A DNA stretch of 64,000 nt from the human T2T-CHM13v2.0 reference genome, Homo sapiens: the NCBI RefSeq assembly GCF_009914755.1, contig NC_060948.1, one strand, 5' to 3'. Numbering within the stretch: the first letter of the stretch is position 1; each line of letters opens with the position of its first letter. The position numbers and the translations under genes were made by a program. Shown here piece after piece: positions 12,201 to 25,504 of this stretch. The notes under the pieces were generated by a model. That model did not search any database. It saw only the letters and a list, made by a program, of their open reading frames with translations, and was not told where the DNA came from.

Positions 12201-13888
12201 GGTTTTGAATTCATTTACTGTTGCTTCATTTGTTCTTTTAAATTTGACGTTAAGGAGTCAGTTTTAGATCTTTCCTGCTTTCTCTTGTGGGCATTTAGTG
12301 CTATCAATTTTTCTCTACACACTGCTTTAAATGTGTGCCAGTGATTGTGATATGTTGTGTCTTCATTCTCATTGGTTTCAAAGAACATCTTTATTTCTGC
12401 CTATTTCGTTATTTATCCAGTAGGGATTTAGCAGCAGGCTGTTCAATTTATATGTAGTTTTGTGATTTTGAATGAGTTTCTTAATCCTGGGTTCTAATTT
12501 GATTGCACTGTGGTCTAGGAGGCTCTTTTTTATAATTTCCTTTTTTTTTGTATTTGCTAAGGAGTGTTTTAATTCTAATTATGTGGTCATATTTTGAATA
12601 CATGTTATGTGGCCCCTAGAAGAATGTAGATTCTGTTTATTTTTGGTGGATAGTTCTGTAGATATCTATCAGGTTTACTCAGTCCACAGCTGAGTTCAAG
12701 TCCTGAATATCCTTGTTAATTTTCTGTCTCATTATTTGCTGCTTGTTCTTTTCTCTGGAAGCTTCATCGCCAAGGGGCCCCTGTAAGATGCCAGCCAGTG
12801 CTCTGCTGTATGAGGTGTCTGTCAGCCCTTACTGGGAGGTGTCTCCAAGTCATAATACACAGAGGTCAGTGATCCACTTGAGAAGACAGTCTGACCATTA
12901 GCAGAGCTGGAACGCTGTGATGGGAGGTCTGCTGCTTTCTTCAGAGTCATCAGACAGGGATGTTGAAGTCTGCTGAAGCTGCATCCATAGCTACCCCTTC
13001 CCCCAGATGCTCTGTCCCAGGGAGAGGGGGGATTTATTTATAAGCCCCTGACTGGGGCTACTGCCATTTTTACAAAAATGCCCTAGCCAGAGAGGAAAAA
13101 TCTGGCAATCTGAACACATGAGCCTTGCTGGGCTGCAGTTGGCTTCACTAGTTCAAACTTCCCTGCAGCTTTGTTTACACTATGAGGGTATAAGGGCCTA
13201 CTCAAGTCTCAGCAATAGCGGATGCCCCTCCCCCACCAAGTTGGAGTATCCCAGGTTGATCTCAGACTGTTGCTTTGCTCACAGTGAGAATTTCAAGCCG
13301 GTGAACCTTAGTTTGCTTGCCTTCGTTGCGGGTGGCACCTAGTGAGCCAGACCACTTGGTTGCTTGGCCTCAGCACCCCTTTCCAGGGGAGTGAACAGTT
13401 CAGTATCCTTAGCATTCCAGGCACCACTGCGGTATGGAAAACAAACAAGGAAACCAAAAGACAAAAACAAACAAACAAAAAAAAACACTCCTGCATCTAG
13501 CTCAGTGTTTGTTCTAACAGCCTCCCCATTTTGTGCTTGAAACGCACAGCCCTTATGGAGTAGGCACCAAAGGGAGTCTCCTGTCTGCAGGTTGTGAAGA
13601 CCATAAGAGAGGCACATATGTGGAACGGGGCACGTGGCTAAGTCCCTCACAGCTTCCCTTGGGTAAATCAGAAAATTTCCCAACCCCTTTAGCTTCCCGG
13701 GTAAGGTGATGCCCCACCCTGCTTCAGCTCATGCTGCATGGGCTGCACCCACTGTCCAACCAGTCCCAATAAGAGGAACAGTGTACCTCAGCTGGTAGTG
13801 CAGGAATCACTCAACTTCTGCATCGATCTCTCTGGGAGCTGAAGTCTTGAGCTCTTTTTATTCAGCCATCTTGCCAGCAATCCCCCCC
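9284..13888 (-). mobile_element. L1PA7/8-like LINE-1 with 5' end present, a large internal deletion (ORF1 and start of ORF2) near 12733, and no poly(A)
   Basis: 5' end ...TTCAGCCATCTTGCC at ~13861-13888; ORF2 peptide MNRQPTEW...[10 protein letters not shown] in ORF track; ORF2 sequence joins 5'UTR sequence at ~12733; 3'UTR stops abruptly at ~9284. Confidence 0.88.
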
Positions 13889-13924
13889 ATTTTTTTAAAA
13901 TTTTAATGGTGAAGGAGGCATTAA

Positions 13925-14430
13925 CTGGAAATGTAAAACTATGCAAATTCTAGAAGAAAGCACAAAAAGAAATTTATGTGATCTTGGGTTTGGTCAAAAG
14001 TTTTAACAAATGATACCAAAGCCGACCAGTAATGGTAAAAAATAATTAATAATTTGTTTTCTTATATTAAATGTTTATACTCTGAGCAAGATCTTGTTCA
14101 GGAAATAGAAAGATAAGCAACAGACTGAAAAAAAAATCTGCAAAATACAGATCTAAGCGAGAATTTGCACTGAAAATACACAAATCTTGAAACTTAAAAA
14201 TAAGATTGATTACCCAATTAATAAGGTGTAAAGAGCTGAACTCACCAATGAAAATACACAGATGGCAAGCAAACAATAAGATGCTCAAACTCATATATCT
14301 ATAAGGGACTGAAAATTACAACAATGAGTTAGCATGGCCCAACTGTATTTGCTGGAACTGATAAACCATTTTTAAAACATGACAAATGATTTGCTGGAGG
14401 AAAAACAGGAATTCATTCATTGCTTGTGGA
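13925..14430 (+). mobile_element. Old L1M fragment
   Basis: AAAACTATGCAAATTCTAGAAGAAA, GATACCAAAG, ATACACAGATGGCAAGCAAAC motifs. Confidence 0.65.
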
Positions 14431-15080
14431 ATGTATGATGGTATCGAAAAAAATAACTCTTTCTAATTCTCAAATTAATCTGAAAGCCTGTTTCTCTCTT
14501 TTACCATGCACAGAAGGAGTTATCTGGTCTACCTTTTGATGACAGACCCAAGATCTAATATAATCTGTGCATCTGGCAGCAGCCACTGGGATCCAGGCAG
14601 AAAGAAGATGGGCCCCACAGTCAAAATCATCTAAGATCTTTTTAATAGAGAGTGACTTATGCAGGTTACCCACAAAGGATGGCAGAGTTCCCGGGGATAG
14701 TAACAGGAACACACTCTCAGCAGTCCTTGGGAATGGAGACATTAACTCAACCTGAAATTTAAAAGGAAAATTTACATTTGAATGTTGACTTTATAGTGCT
14801 GCAAAAGTAAAATATGGCAGGCTCCTTTAAGTATAGTGCCACAATTTAACTAAGGTCACCAAACAGATGTCTGAACCTCTGCAAAAAGACCCAAACTACA
14901 GTAGCAGAAATTGCCTTCTGCACTACAGTTGGGACAGAGGAAGTTTTATGGACCACATCTCATGAAGCAAGTGCTTCTAAGATTATCACCCCATTTTTGA
15001 GAGGCAACGAAGGACCTAACAACAAGCTCTCATCATAGCAATATAAATTTGATTCAAATATGAAAAGGTAAGGTAAAACT

Positions 15081-15710
15081 GGCCAGTCATGGTAGCTCCT
15101 GCCTGTAACTCCAGCAATTTGGGAGGCAAAGATAATAGGAATATTTGATTTCAGAAGTTCCAGACCACCTTGGGCAACATGGAAAAACCCCATCTCTACT
15201 AAAAATACAGCAGGGCACTGTGGCTCAGGCCTGTAATCCCAGAACACTGGAAAATCATTATGGGCAAATCGCTTGAGGTCAAAAATTCGAGACCAGCCCA
15301 GCCAACATGGTGAAACCACACCTCTACTAAAACTACAAATATTAGCTGGGCATGGTACTGGGGTGTCTGTATTCCCAGCTACCCAGGAGGTTGAAGCAGG
15401 AGAATCATTTGAACTCGAGCACAGTGGTTGCAGTGAGCCCAGTTCGCGTCATTACACTCAATCCTGGACAACAGAATGAGACTCCATCTTAAAAAATAAA
15501 AAAGAAAGAGAGTAAAAAAAAAAGAAATAGATAATTTGCTTCATGTGGTGGGGCATGGCTATTATCCCAGGTTCTTGGGAGGTGGAAACACAAGAATTGC
15601 TTGAACCTAGGAGGTGATGATTATAGTGAGCCGAGAGCACACTAGTGCACTCCAGGCTGAATGACAGAATGAGATTCAGTCTCAAAAAAAAAAAAAAAAC
15701 CACAAACAAA
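15081..15710 (+). mobile_element. Alu cluster: left arm (~15081-15210), full Alu (~15213-15500), right arm (~15536-15710)
   Basis: Repeated CCTGTAATCCCAG / CTCTACTAAAA / CACTCCAG motifs with A-tails; consistent with an Alu inserted into the linker of an older Alu. Confidence 0.8.
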
Positions 15711-16399
15711 ACATAACGTTTTGTGTAGTGCTTTTCTAGTATATCTCATATTTGAGTATGAAGGCAGAGAAAGTTCTCACATTAAGTTAAACTTGCAAAA
15801 ATAAACTTTATATTTAAAATATTTTAAGTGCCTCAAGTTCCAGCATCATCTTCAGATAGCAAGCACAAGAATAAACAGAAAAATAGAGAAGCAATGGCAT
15901 GTGATAAGTGCAACTCATTTTGTTTTAATCTGTGAGATAACACTGTAATGACAGAAATTTTTAGCTGCTGCTGATGCAAGAGAGAACAGGTTTATGTAGA
16001 AATAAACTAATAATATTGGTCACCTGCTATGATCTAGGCACATAAGTTAGCTCACTGAATTCCCTCATCAACCATATACTGTGGAAAATATCCTAGAGTT
16101 TATTACTGAGGAATATGGAGTCAAAGGGCCTGCCCAAAGGCACACAAGCCATTGGACAAACAGATAGGATTCAAGAAGGACTCTAAGACTCAAAGCACTA
16201 TCTACACTTTCCTATATGATGTTGATTGAAATTAAGAACTATTGAGTTAACTTTAGTCATCCCCCTCTTTGCCATAGAAATGGCAGTTTATACATCTATA
16301 GAGGAAGATTTTGGATAAATTATGTATGACTAAAATTTTATATATTGCTTAAAATCTATTTCAAAAAATACGCTAAATTATTATATCAACTTATTACAG

Positions 16400-16476
16400 A
16401 AAAATTACAGATTGATTGAGTTCCTCCTTTTTTGGATTAATAACTATGAGCTCCTCTTGCAAGTAAACAGCTTTTC
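16400..16476 (-). pseudogene. OFD1: OFD1P exon 12, 3'-truncated
   Basis: tttcag|GAAAAGCTGTTTACTTGCAAGAGGAGCTCATAGTTATTAATCCAAAAAAGGAGGAACTCAATCAATCTGTAA = [23 protein letters not shown] (OFD1 [23 protein letters not shown]); similarity stops before the donor. Confidence 0.88.
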
Positions 16477-17578
16477 CTGAAAGAAAGAGCCTTTTAAACA
16501 CTATAATGTTTTCCTAGTGAATACAAAAGCTATTTAGTATTTATGGCCAGTATGTCAGACTTAATGACCATTATTTTATAATATGAAATAGCCTGTGTAG
16601 GGGACAAAACTTTCACAGGCACGTAAGAAATAAGCCCTGCTACCTAACAGGTGATGTGAAGCTATAACTGTCATCTATGTGGTGAAATTCCACCATCTAC
16701 ACCTGCTAACCAGAGAGGTTTTAACTTCCTTGAAGAAGATCTCTCTGTTACTATATTGTAAAAGACAACATTGTTATTTTATTGTAGGTATTACTTTGTT
16801 ATTTTCATTTTATTTAACTTGAATCTATGTAGATATATTATTAAAGCATAATTTGTTATATAGATGATGGTAGTAATTTATAAAAGAAGGGTTAGTCTCC
16901 ACAAGATAGTAGTAAAAGGGGAAGCCACACACTGGGTGTCTGGACAACATCAAATAACCACTCTTGGTGTACTCCCAATAGTCTAATTGAAAATTCCAAC
17001 AAAACGTCACCTCTCCTTACAGGCAATTTCCTAGAAATATATTGAAATGTAAATTATCTGAAGATTGGGAAATTACTCACCTTCCAGTCTCAAGGGCAAT
17101 ATATACAAGAATTCGGAAGGTTATATATAAAGTAAAAATATTATAAATAAAAAATATATTAGAAGCCAATGAAATAAGAAGCTATGTCACAGGAGACAGA
17201 GAAGTTAGAAAATTTTTCATAAGTGAAATACAAGGTATCTCATGGTGAAAAGTAATATGTGCCAGAGGCAATAAGTTACTGCCAAATTCTTGATAATTAC
17301 TGATTTATCAAAATATATTGAAATAAACTTTAGGAAAATATACAGAAAAAATAACTGGCCTTTCTGATTATATAAAATATTAAAAATAATGGTTTGTCGA
17401 AAGGCAGTGAAGACAATTTTTTTTAATTTTACATAATTAAAATTAAAAAAAGTGAACTATCAAAGAGACAATTAAGCATAAGCTATGTTTTTTAAAATAT
17501 AAAACAGACTCAAATTGGGAAGATAATAACCTGTATCAAAACTGAAAACTACGGCTTCTTACCCCACCCAAACCTCAC

Positions 17579-17652
17579 CTTTATTCTTCCTTTGCTCTTC
17601 AATCAGTCAGTTAGTTCTAATGATGTAGTCATCCATTAATTCAAGTTGATAC
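17579..17652 (-). pseudogene. OFD1: OFD1P exon 11 (74 bp)
   Basis: cag|...YQLELMDDYIIRTN*LIEEQRKNK...|gtgagg; in-frame TGA. Confidence 0.92.
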
Positions 17653-19438
17653 CTGAGAATAAGAACAATTAAATACAAGTTTCACAGTTACCTTTCCAAA
17701 AAGACGTTTATCAATGCAGAAGCTTATCTATGGTACAGGTGCACCTGAGGGCACTGAACACGACATTGTGTGAACTTCAAAGTCCCTAAGTACTAAAGCC
17801 TGGGATATGACTTTCAAACATAAAATGTACAGTAAAACCCTGCCTTCATGTTATAAATCACAATCATACAAAATGGAGGGCTATGTTGTCATAAGGCTAC
17901 TGAAACCATCGTTTTCCTCTTGGTCTCAACTGACCCAAAGAGCATGGAAGAAAATTAAATTTACACAGCACACAACAGACTCAATATCAAATGATAATTA
18001 GACAGTCACTTTCAACCCACCTGTACTATCTGCCCAGCACAAACAAATGTAAGGACTTCTGTGCCCAGGGACCAAGCATGGTCCGGGGAAGCAGGTGCTA
18101 AGAGTATTATATCTGAATTAGTGATACCCAAAGGTACATTTTCACGGTTTTACTTTTCTATCCCAGACTTTAGAAGCTGCCTTTTGATTCCAAAAGTATA
18201 AAGAAACACTCCTGTGGTGAACAGTCCCCAAACTCCAACACTTGCCAAAGTCATACGAGAACTCCCAAAGCCAGAAAGACACCATGCAGGCCATGGAAGC
18301 TGTCACAATGATACCAAATAGTTGACTAGCTCCATAACTATATAAAATTAACAAACATATTTTAATACATGTTTTCCTAAAAATTCAGTAACTACAAAAA
18401 CTTCATATTAGCTACTTTAATATAGAAACTGACAAAAAATTGGGTGAAATGCATCAATTTCATAAGTAAAAAATAATGTTTGTCATGGTTAGGAGTAATA
18501 TGTACCAGAGGCAATAAGCTGCTGCCAACTTCTTGACAACTACAGATAAATCAAAATGTATTGAGAAGATATTGGAAATTCAGAATCTATTAAAAACACT
18601 TTTTTAAAATAGACTTTTTATATAGAATAATCTCAAGAAATCTTTGCAAGTTCTGTGTAATGGAATATTGATGATAAATTATGAAGTAGGCAATAAAAAG
18701 AGGCCAAATAAATGACCAGAGCACCTGAGTTGAGTCATTTCCTCCTGATACATTAACAGCAAATATTAACTGTGTACCTTTTATGTGTCAGATGCTTTCG
18801 AACCCATTGAAAAGTTATGACATGGGCATAATGTCTTAGCACTGAGGTATTACTCACTGATACGCAAGATCAGAGAAAAGAAAAGCCAAGGTAACCATAG
18901 TTGTCCATATTTTCCTTTTCCTATATCAATATTTGCCTCACATAGTTAATTTTAGCTCTTTTCCTTTGATTATGGCTTTGCAGAATCATGAAGCAATACA
19001 AGGCACATGTTCACTGACAAACAATCTGACCACTAAGTGTAATTTATACATTGTTAGATAGCCCCATCTTTGTGGCAGTATGAGGGGGGTAGGGGAAAAG
19101 TTAACTGAAAGTGATTACAATTCAAACTTTACAACTTATCAACTATGCAACCTCAGCAAGTCACAACGTGCCATTAAATTTAAAGCAAATCACCACCGTC
19201 GATAAATATTTGAGAAGCCATGAGTAAGAAGAACAGAGGATGTGCTTTTCCATACCTTATCTTTTAAAAGCTACCCTAACTCAAACGCAGGAAAGTATTG
19301 GTTATTAATAAACATATGCATTTTTTAAACACTAAAGTTTCCATAAAATGTTAATCATAGACTACTTCCTTAGTGTTTATTGTGTTTCTACCAATGTAAT
19401 TTAAACCTTTTACTTCTTTAAATGTGCCAAACAATTAC

Positions 19439-19557
19439 TTTAGAAGTTTGTTTTTTAGCTTTCGGTCATAGGTCTCATCAAGACACTTTGTATTCTGCTC
19501 CCATCTCCTAAGTCCTCAGTCATGCTTTTAGGTTTTTCTTGCTGGAGTTTCTGGGTT
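19439..19557 (-). pseudogene. OFD1: OFD1P exon 10 (119 bp, frameshifted)
   Basis: tttcag|..QKLQQEKPKSMTE../..ETYDRKLKNKLLK|gtaatt. Confidence 0.9.
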
Positions 19558-19957
19558 CTGAAATTAGCGAGAAACATAAAGTAAATAAACTATAATAGCT
19601 GAGTTAACAAATTTAGGAAAAACATCACGTGACATGGTTTTAGTTCAACAGACTAAAACTGCTACATGACAATTACTACTGGGAAGTAGAAGAAAAGAGC
19701 CAGAAGTCCTCAGTGTATTTTATGAACTGACCTAATTACAGTGTGTTGAAACTAGCAGAAGCAGTGGGCTGCGGCATATAACTGAGAAGAGTGAGAGGAT
19801 CTCTGACTGAGGGGAGTCGGAGAGTCTCAAGAAAGAAGTGGTTTCTCATAGACCATAATTAATACTTAAACAATAGTTAAAGGTGATAAATTGTCCAAAT
19901 CAATTCTGAGATGAAAGAATAATACTATTAGTTACAAAGTAATAAAAGTGCACTTAC

Positions 19958-20256
19958 GGCCTGGGAGCTGTGGCTTATGCCTGTAATCCCAGCACTTCAG
20001 GAGGCCAAGGCATGTGGATCACCTCAGGATGAGTTCAAGACCAGCCTGGCCAAAATGGAGAAAGCCTATCTCTACTAAAAATACAAAATTAGCCAGGCAT
20101 AGTGTCACATGCCTGTAATCCCAGCTAGTCAAGAGGCTGAGGAAGAAGAATCCCTTGAATCCAAGAGGCAGATTTCACAGTGAACTGAGATTGCACCATT
20201 GTACTCCAGCCTGGGCAACAAGAGCAAAACTCCACCTCTAAAAAAAAAAAAAAAAA
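19958..20256 (+). mobile_element. AluS with TSD
   Basis: Full dimer with A-tail; flanks AAAAGTGCACTTAC / AAAAGTGTACCTAT. Confidence 0.92.
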
Positions 20257-20376
20257 GTGTACCTATGTATTTGAATCGTCTATAACGCTGTCTGTAACTC
20301 TGGAATTTAATTAATTATCTCATAGATATTTAAGGTACAATGTTTGTTTTTCTCACTTAATAGTCTATCAGCTTTA

Positions 20377-20540
20377 GTCAAGTGTGGTGGCCTTCCACTA
20401 TAATCCCAGTTTTGCAGAATGCTGAGGCAGGAGAATCACATGAACCCAAGAATTTCAGACGAGCCTGGACAACATAGAACATCGTGTCTCTTAAAACCAA
20501 AACATCACCAACAAAAAAACCCTACAAAACAAAAAACTGT
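20377..20540 (+). mobile_element. FLAM-like Alu monomer
   Basis: GTGTGGTGG...TAATCCCAG...GCTGAGGCAGGAGAATCAC...AGCCTGGACAACATAG and A-rich tail. Confidence 0.7.
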
Positions 20541-20744
20541 TGATGGAATACTGATCAAGTGCCAAAAGAGACAGAAACAGAAAGACGGGTCACTCAGGGC
20601 TTCCAAATACTGAAGAATAAAATGATCTTCATAGTAAGACTTCAAATCACCCATTGCAGCAATTCCCAAACCCAGGGAGATGGATTCACAAATGATGAGA
20701 TCCAGCCATCCTGAGAAGTACTGCAAAATACTGACTAGTCTGAG

Positions 20745-21309
20745 ATTTGACCCCGCCATCCCATTACTGGGTATATACCCAAAGGACTATAAATCATGCT
20801 GCTATAAAGACACATGCACATGTATGTTTATTGCGGCATTATTCACAATAGCAAAGACTTGCAACCAACCCAAATGTCCAACAATGATAGACTGGATTAA
20901 GAAAATGTGGCACATATACACCATGGAATACTATGTAGCCATAAAAAATGATGAGTTCATGTCCTTTGTAGGGACATGGATGAAACTGGAAATCATCATT
21001 CTCAGTAAACTATCAGAAGAACAAAAAACCAAACACCGCATATTCTCACTCATAGGTGGGAATTGAACAATGAGAACACATGGACACAGGAAAGGGAACA
21101 TCACACTCTGGGAACAGTTTTGGGGTGGGGGGAGGGGGGAGGCATAGCACTGGGAGATATACCTAATGCTAGATGACGAGTTAGTGGGTGCAGCGCACCA
21201 GCATGGCACATTAATACATATGTAACTAACCTGCACATTGTGCACATGTACCCTAAAACTTAAAGTATAATAATAATAAAGAAAAAGAAAAAAAAAAAGA
21301 AAAAAAAAA
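20745..21309 (+). mobile_element. 5'-truncated young L1 (L1PA2-like): end of ORF2, 3'UTR and poly(A)
   Basis: ORF2 C-terminus [22 protein letters not shown]...HRIFSLIGGN; GAG (not ACA/ACG) in ATACCTAATGCTAGATGACGAG; long A-rich tail. Confidence 0.9.
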
Positions 21310-22205
21310 GGATCCAGGTATTAGCTCCCTCTGCTGGTAATGTGGAAAGCAATGGAGAGGTAAACTACATTGATTTAATATATATGCTGAGAGAAGGGAA
21401 ATGGAGTAGAGAAAATGTGGGTTAAAAAAAGTGATGTACTCTCTCTGCCCAAATGTTGATTCTCTTTTTTTCTCTCTCTCGATTAATTTACCTTTTCATT
21501 ATTGCCAAAAAGAGAGTAAAGTACACAGTGAGTTGAAATAAAAAAAATCAAACCTATAGAAGTGAGAAAACAACATTAAATAAGATGGAGACAAATTTTT
21601 TAATGAGTTAAAATCCCTAAAGTATCTATCAGTGTCAATTAACAGCACATTCCCAGTGGAAAAGAAGGCTTCTTGTGCAAACTATAGACAGGTGAGCCTA
21701 CTGTCAATCCCAGGTAATATACAGATGAAACATTTCTGGGCACTTAGAAAAAGTGAATAGCATTGAGAAATAGTTTCAGCAGTACAAGTCAAGTCAAACC
21801 ACAATACTTCCTTTTTTTGAGCACAGAGCTGGTAAAAACCACAGGCCTGGATATTTGAAATTCAGTTACAATAAATAAACACACAAAACTATCAGACCTG
21901 AAGGAATGAAGTTAACTTTAAAATATATGATCTGTTGAAGTACTAACAGCGTCTCCAAATTTTCTGTATGATGTTACTGTGGCCTGGTGATAGCATCTCA
22001 TTCTGCCTTTCATCTTAATGTTTAATATTTCAAAAGCACAGCCCTAGTGTTTGTTTCCTTAACATGTAACTTCTAATGCTGGGTGATATCACCTTTATAA
22101 AAAGGAATTCTATTTGTCAACAAATGTTATAATATTGAGACATATATTGAGTAATTATTTTTAATCTCATCATTCTGAATATCCAGAATAAACATGCATA
22201 CCTAC

Positions 22206-22310
22206 AGTTCAAAATCTTCAACTCTCTGCTTCAGCTCTGCTTTTCTTTCTCTTAACAAATCCATATCTTTTAGTAAAAGAAGCCTTGAGCATCAATTTTC
22301 TTGTTTCAAT
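22206..22310 (-). pseudogene. OFD1: OFD1P exon 9 (105 bp)
   Basis: ag|IET../..[25 protein letters not shown]|gtaggt (OFD1 [25 protein letters not shown]). Confidence 0.92.
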
Positions 22311-22333
22311 CTCTAAAAAAGCATTTATTTTTG

Positions 22334-22618
22334 CTGGTTTGTAGTGGCTCATGCTTGTGATCCTAGCCTTTTGGGAGGCCGAGGCAGGTAGGTCACGAGG
22401 TCAGGAGTTCAAGATCAGCCCAGCCAAGATGGTAAAACCTCATTTCTACTAAAATACAAAAGTTAACTGGCCTAGTGGCAGGAACCTGTAATCTCAGCTA
22501 CTCAGGAGGTTGAGGCATGGAACTGCTTGAACTTGACAGGTGGAATTTGCAGTGAGCCAAGATCATGCCACTGCACTCCAGCCTGGGTAACAACACAAGA
22601 CTCTGTCTCAAAAAAAAG
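22334..22618 (+). mobile_element. AluS
   Basis: Dimer with GGTCACGAGGTCAGGAGTTCAAG and A-tail. Confidence 0.9.
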
Positions 22619-22748
22619 GCATTAAGTTTTAGCAAGCAAGTTAATGAAAGCATAACAAATTTAAATGAATATGCTGCTTCGTAAATTCCAAAAACCGAAG
22701 TACAGAAATTGAGAATAACTATTTCACCTTCAAATAATTCCAACTCAG

Positions 22749-23040
<292 letters not shown>

Positions 23041-23184
23041 TTCACTTCAATGTATTCCTCAACTACCTATTCCAGCTGCATAAGTATTTACTCTCTCAGT
23101 TTCTGTTAAACTGTGTTTCCATATATTTTTAACATGCCTTGTGTAATTTATACTACATAATTAACATCTCTCAGTCCCTTATGT

Positions 23185-23465
23185 ATTTTTTTGAGACTGG
23201 GATCTGCTCTGTTGCCCAGCCTTGAGTGCAGTGTTTTGATTTTGGATAACTGCAACCTGTGCCCCCCAGACTCAAGTGATTCTCCTACCTCAGCTTTCTG
23301 AGTAGCTGAGACTACAAACACGCACCACCAAGTTCAGCTAATATTTTTGTAGAGATGGGGTTGTGCCGCTGCCCAGGCTGGTGTTGAATCTCTGGGCTCA
23401 AATGAGATCACCATGTCAGCTTCTCAATGTGCTAAAACTACAGGCATGAGCCACCACACCTGGTC
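23185..23465 (-). mobile_element. AluJ
   Basis: TTTTTTGAGAC...CTCTGTTGCCCAG...CAGGCATGAGCCACCACACCTGG. Confidence 0.85.
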
Positions 23466-25356
23466 CCCTTAACTATAATTTTGTAAGTTCTTCAGGAAAA
23501 AAAAAAATAAATGTACATTCAGAAATAAAACTCCAAAAGAATAAAATCTCCTTGGTTTTTAATGGTGGTGCTGTCTGAATGTTTCAGTTCATGAGTCATT
23601 GAGTTCATGGGTTATGAGTCATAATTCAGAGTTAGAAAGCTCATATGAACTTGTAAATGAAGGAGCCAACCTTCCACTTATGTCCTCACAGAGCAATAAA
23701 TTACTAACTACCTATCAAGAAGCACGCTGGGACTGGATACAAAAGTGTAATCAGGTATAGTCCTTATCTCTGAAGATCTCACAGTATAGTCAGGGAGAAC
23801 CAATCACACTAAGACAGGATAATTTTATAACTCAGGTAAATAAAGACCACATTCAGGAATGAGCCCTCAAATGAGTTTCTAAGTGGGAATCATGGAAGGC
23901 ATTGCAGGGGTGACATCCAAGCTGGGCCTTGAATGACACTGTGGTTTAATCCGGGAGAGAAGGGGATTGATATTCCAGGTGACGAAATACAGGCATGGTG
24001 GTTTTTATGGGAATGACAATCTTCCTCAAAGACTTCAGATACTCACAGTTGAATAAACAGAAATCTAGTTAGTCACCTATCCTGAAGATGAAGTTATTAG
24101 TCTAAACACAATAGAATCATCTCAAAGATCTGTGCACCCAACATTCAATTTTATAGCTGAGGTAAGCCCTATTTCCAGAAATGAGATAGAAAATTTTAGA
24201 GCATGTGCCCTTAGCATTAAACAACCTATGTCTCATTGAGAAGCTCCAAGCAAGGGGGAAGACTTCCTACTTTTAACATCCGGCAGCAGCAGTTTTAGAT
24301 GTATGTTTGAAATACTGCTGTATTTCTTAGACTGTTTGGTCTAAGACACACACTTGGAAAAGAAATAAGATTTCTTAAAGGAATAGTTAGATTCCCACTT
24401 ACCAACACAAACTCCCTGTCACTCCTCATCCTCTTCATATCCTTCCCAATTGCTTTACCAGTAATGAGATCAAATGGCCACATGGATGACCCTAGGGTCC
24501 CTAGTGACTCCTTCACCCCAGGGATATTTACTCTTGCTCATTTCCATGGCTCCATCCAATGGCAGCACACTGCCTTTGATTTCCAGTCTCCACTTGAAAT
24601 CTCATCCTGTAGTTCTGCACTCCTGGACCATCTTTATTCTTCCACATGCCAGTCTCTCCAGATCTAGTTCTTGATCGCTGAGACTACCACTCAACACTCC
24701 CTTTCCACCTAGGTCACCCGCCCCCTGCCCTCTCCTCTGCTTACCTTCACTACACAGGAGAACCACAGATTCTTCAGTTAAATAGGCTGTCTTTCTCAAG
24801 GAAAATGAATTATGCTATGCAAAGCTCCACTTCCAGAGCATCTCCATATTTCCAACCTCAGTGAAAGGGGCAGCAGAGACAGACCCTTGCAATTCCTCCC
24901 CAGAGCTAGAACAGAAACACGTGGTTTTGTCTCTCTCAACTCCAGGTTACCCCAACCATAGCTGGGCCTTCAGTACAGGTAATCAGTCAGCTCTCCTTTA
25001 AAGAGCTGTTCTTACCTTACCCACAGGAACTACTCTGCACCTCCAAGCTGCTCCTGAAACCCTTAATCTATCTCCTTAATTTGTCTAAGAAGATGAAGCT
25101 TTTCAGCGAGTGTTTCTCATAATTCCAACTTGTCGGGTCACCTATGCAATTCTTCCCTTTCCACCAGTCTCAAAGGATGAAAATCCGTGTATCCGTTTCA
25201 AGGCCCACCGTTCTTTTATTTGCAATCTTGGCCGCAGTCCCTACTGCTCTTCTGGGGCCTTTTTCCATCAATTGTAACATCTCATTCCTGGATCCTGAGT
25301 CAATCCAATAATAGCTGTAGGAAATATCCACCCAGTAAAATATTTGTAAATACCAC

Positions 25357-25504
25357 CTCTTGGTGCTTTTGGTTTCTCTCAAAGATACTCTTTCTATAAA
25401 GAATGAGGCTTTCAGATTCTGCTTGACAAATCTTCTCCAAATCACTTCAGAACATAGCTAATTCATTTGCATACTCTCTTACCACTTCCATTAAAAAACT
25501 TCAA
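25357..25504 (-). pseudogene. OFD1: OFD1P exon 8 with ~25 bp internal deletion
   Basis: gcag|TTGAAGTTTTTTAATGGAAG... (KDTEIAKIK missing) ...ELAMF*SDLEKICQAESE...FERNQKHQE|gtggta. Confidence 0.88.

Noticed and set aside
20690-21330. TSD for the L1PA2-like fragment
   Set aside because: No convincing duplicated flank, so none is claimed.
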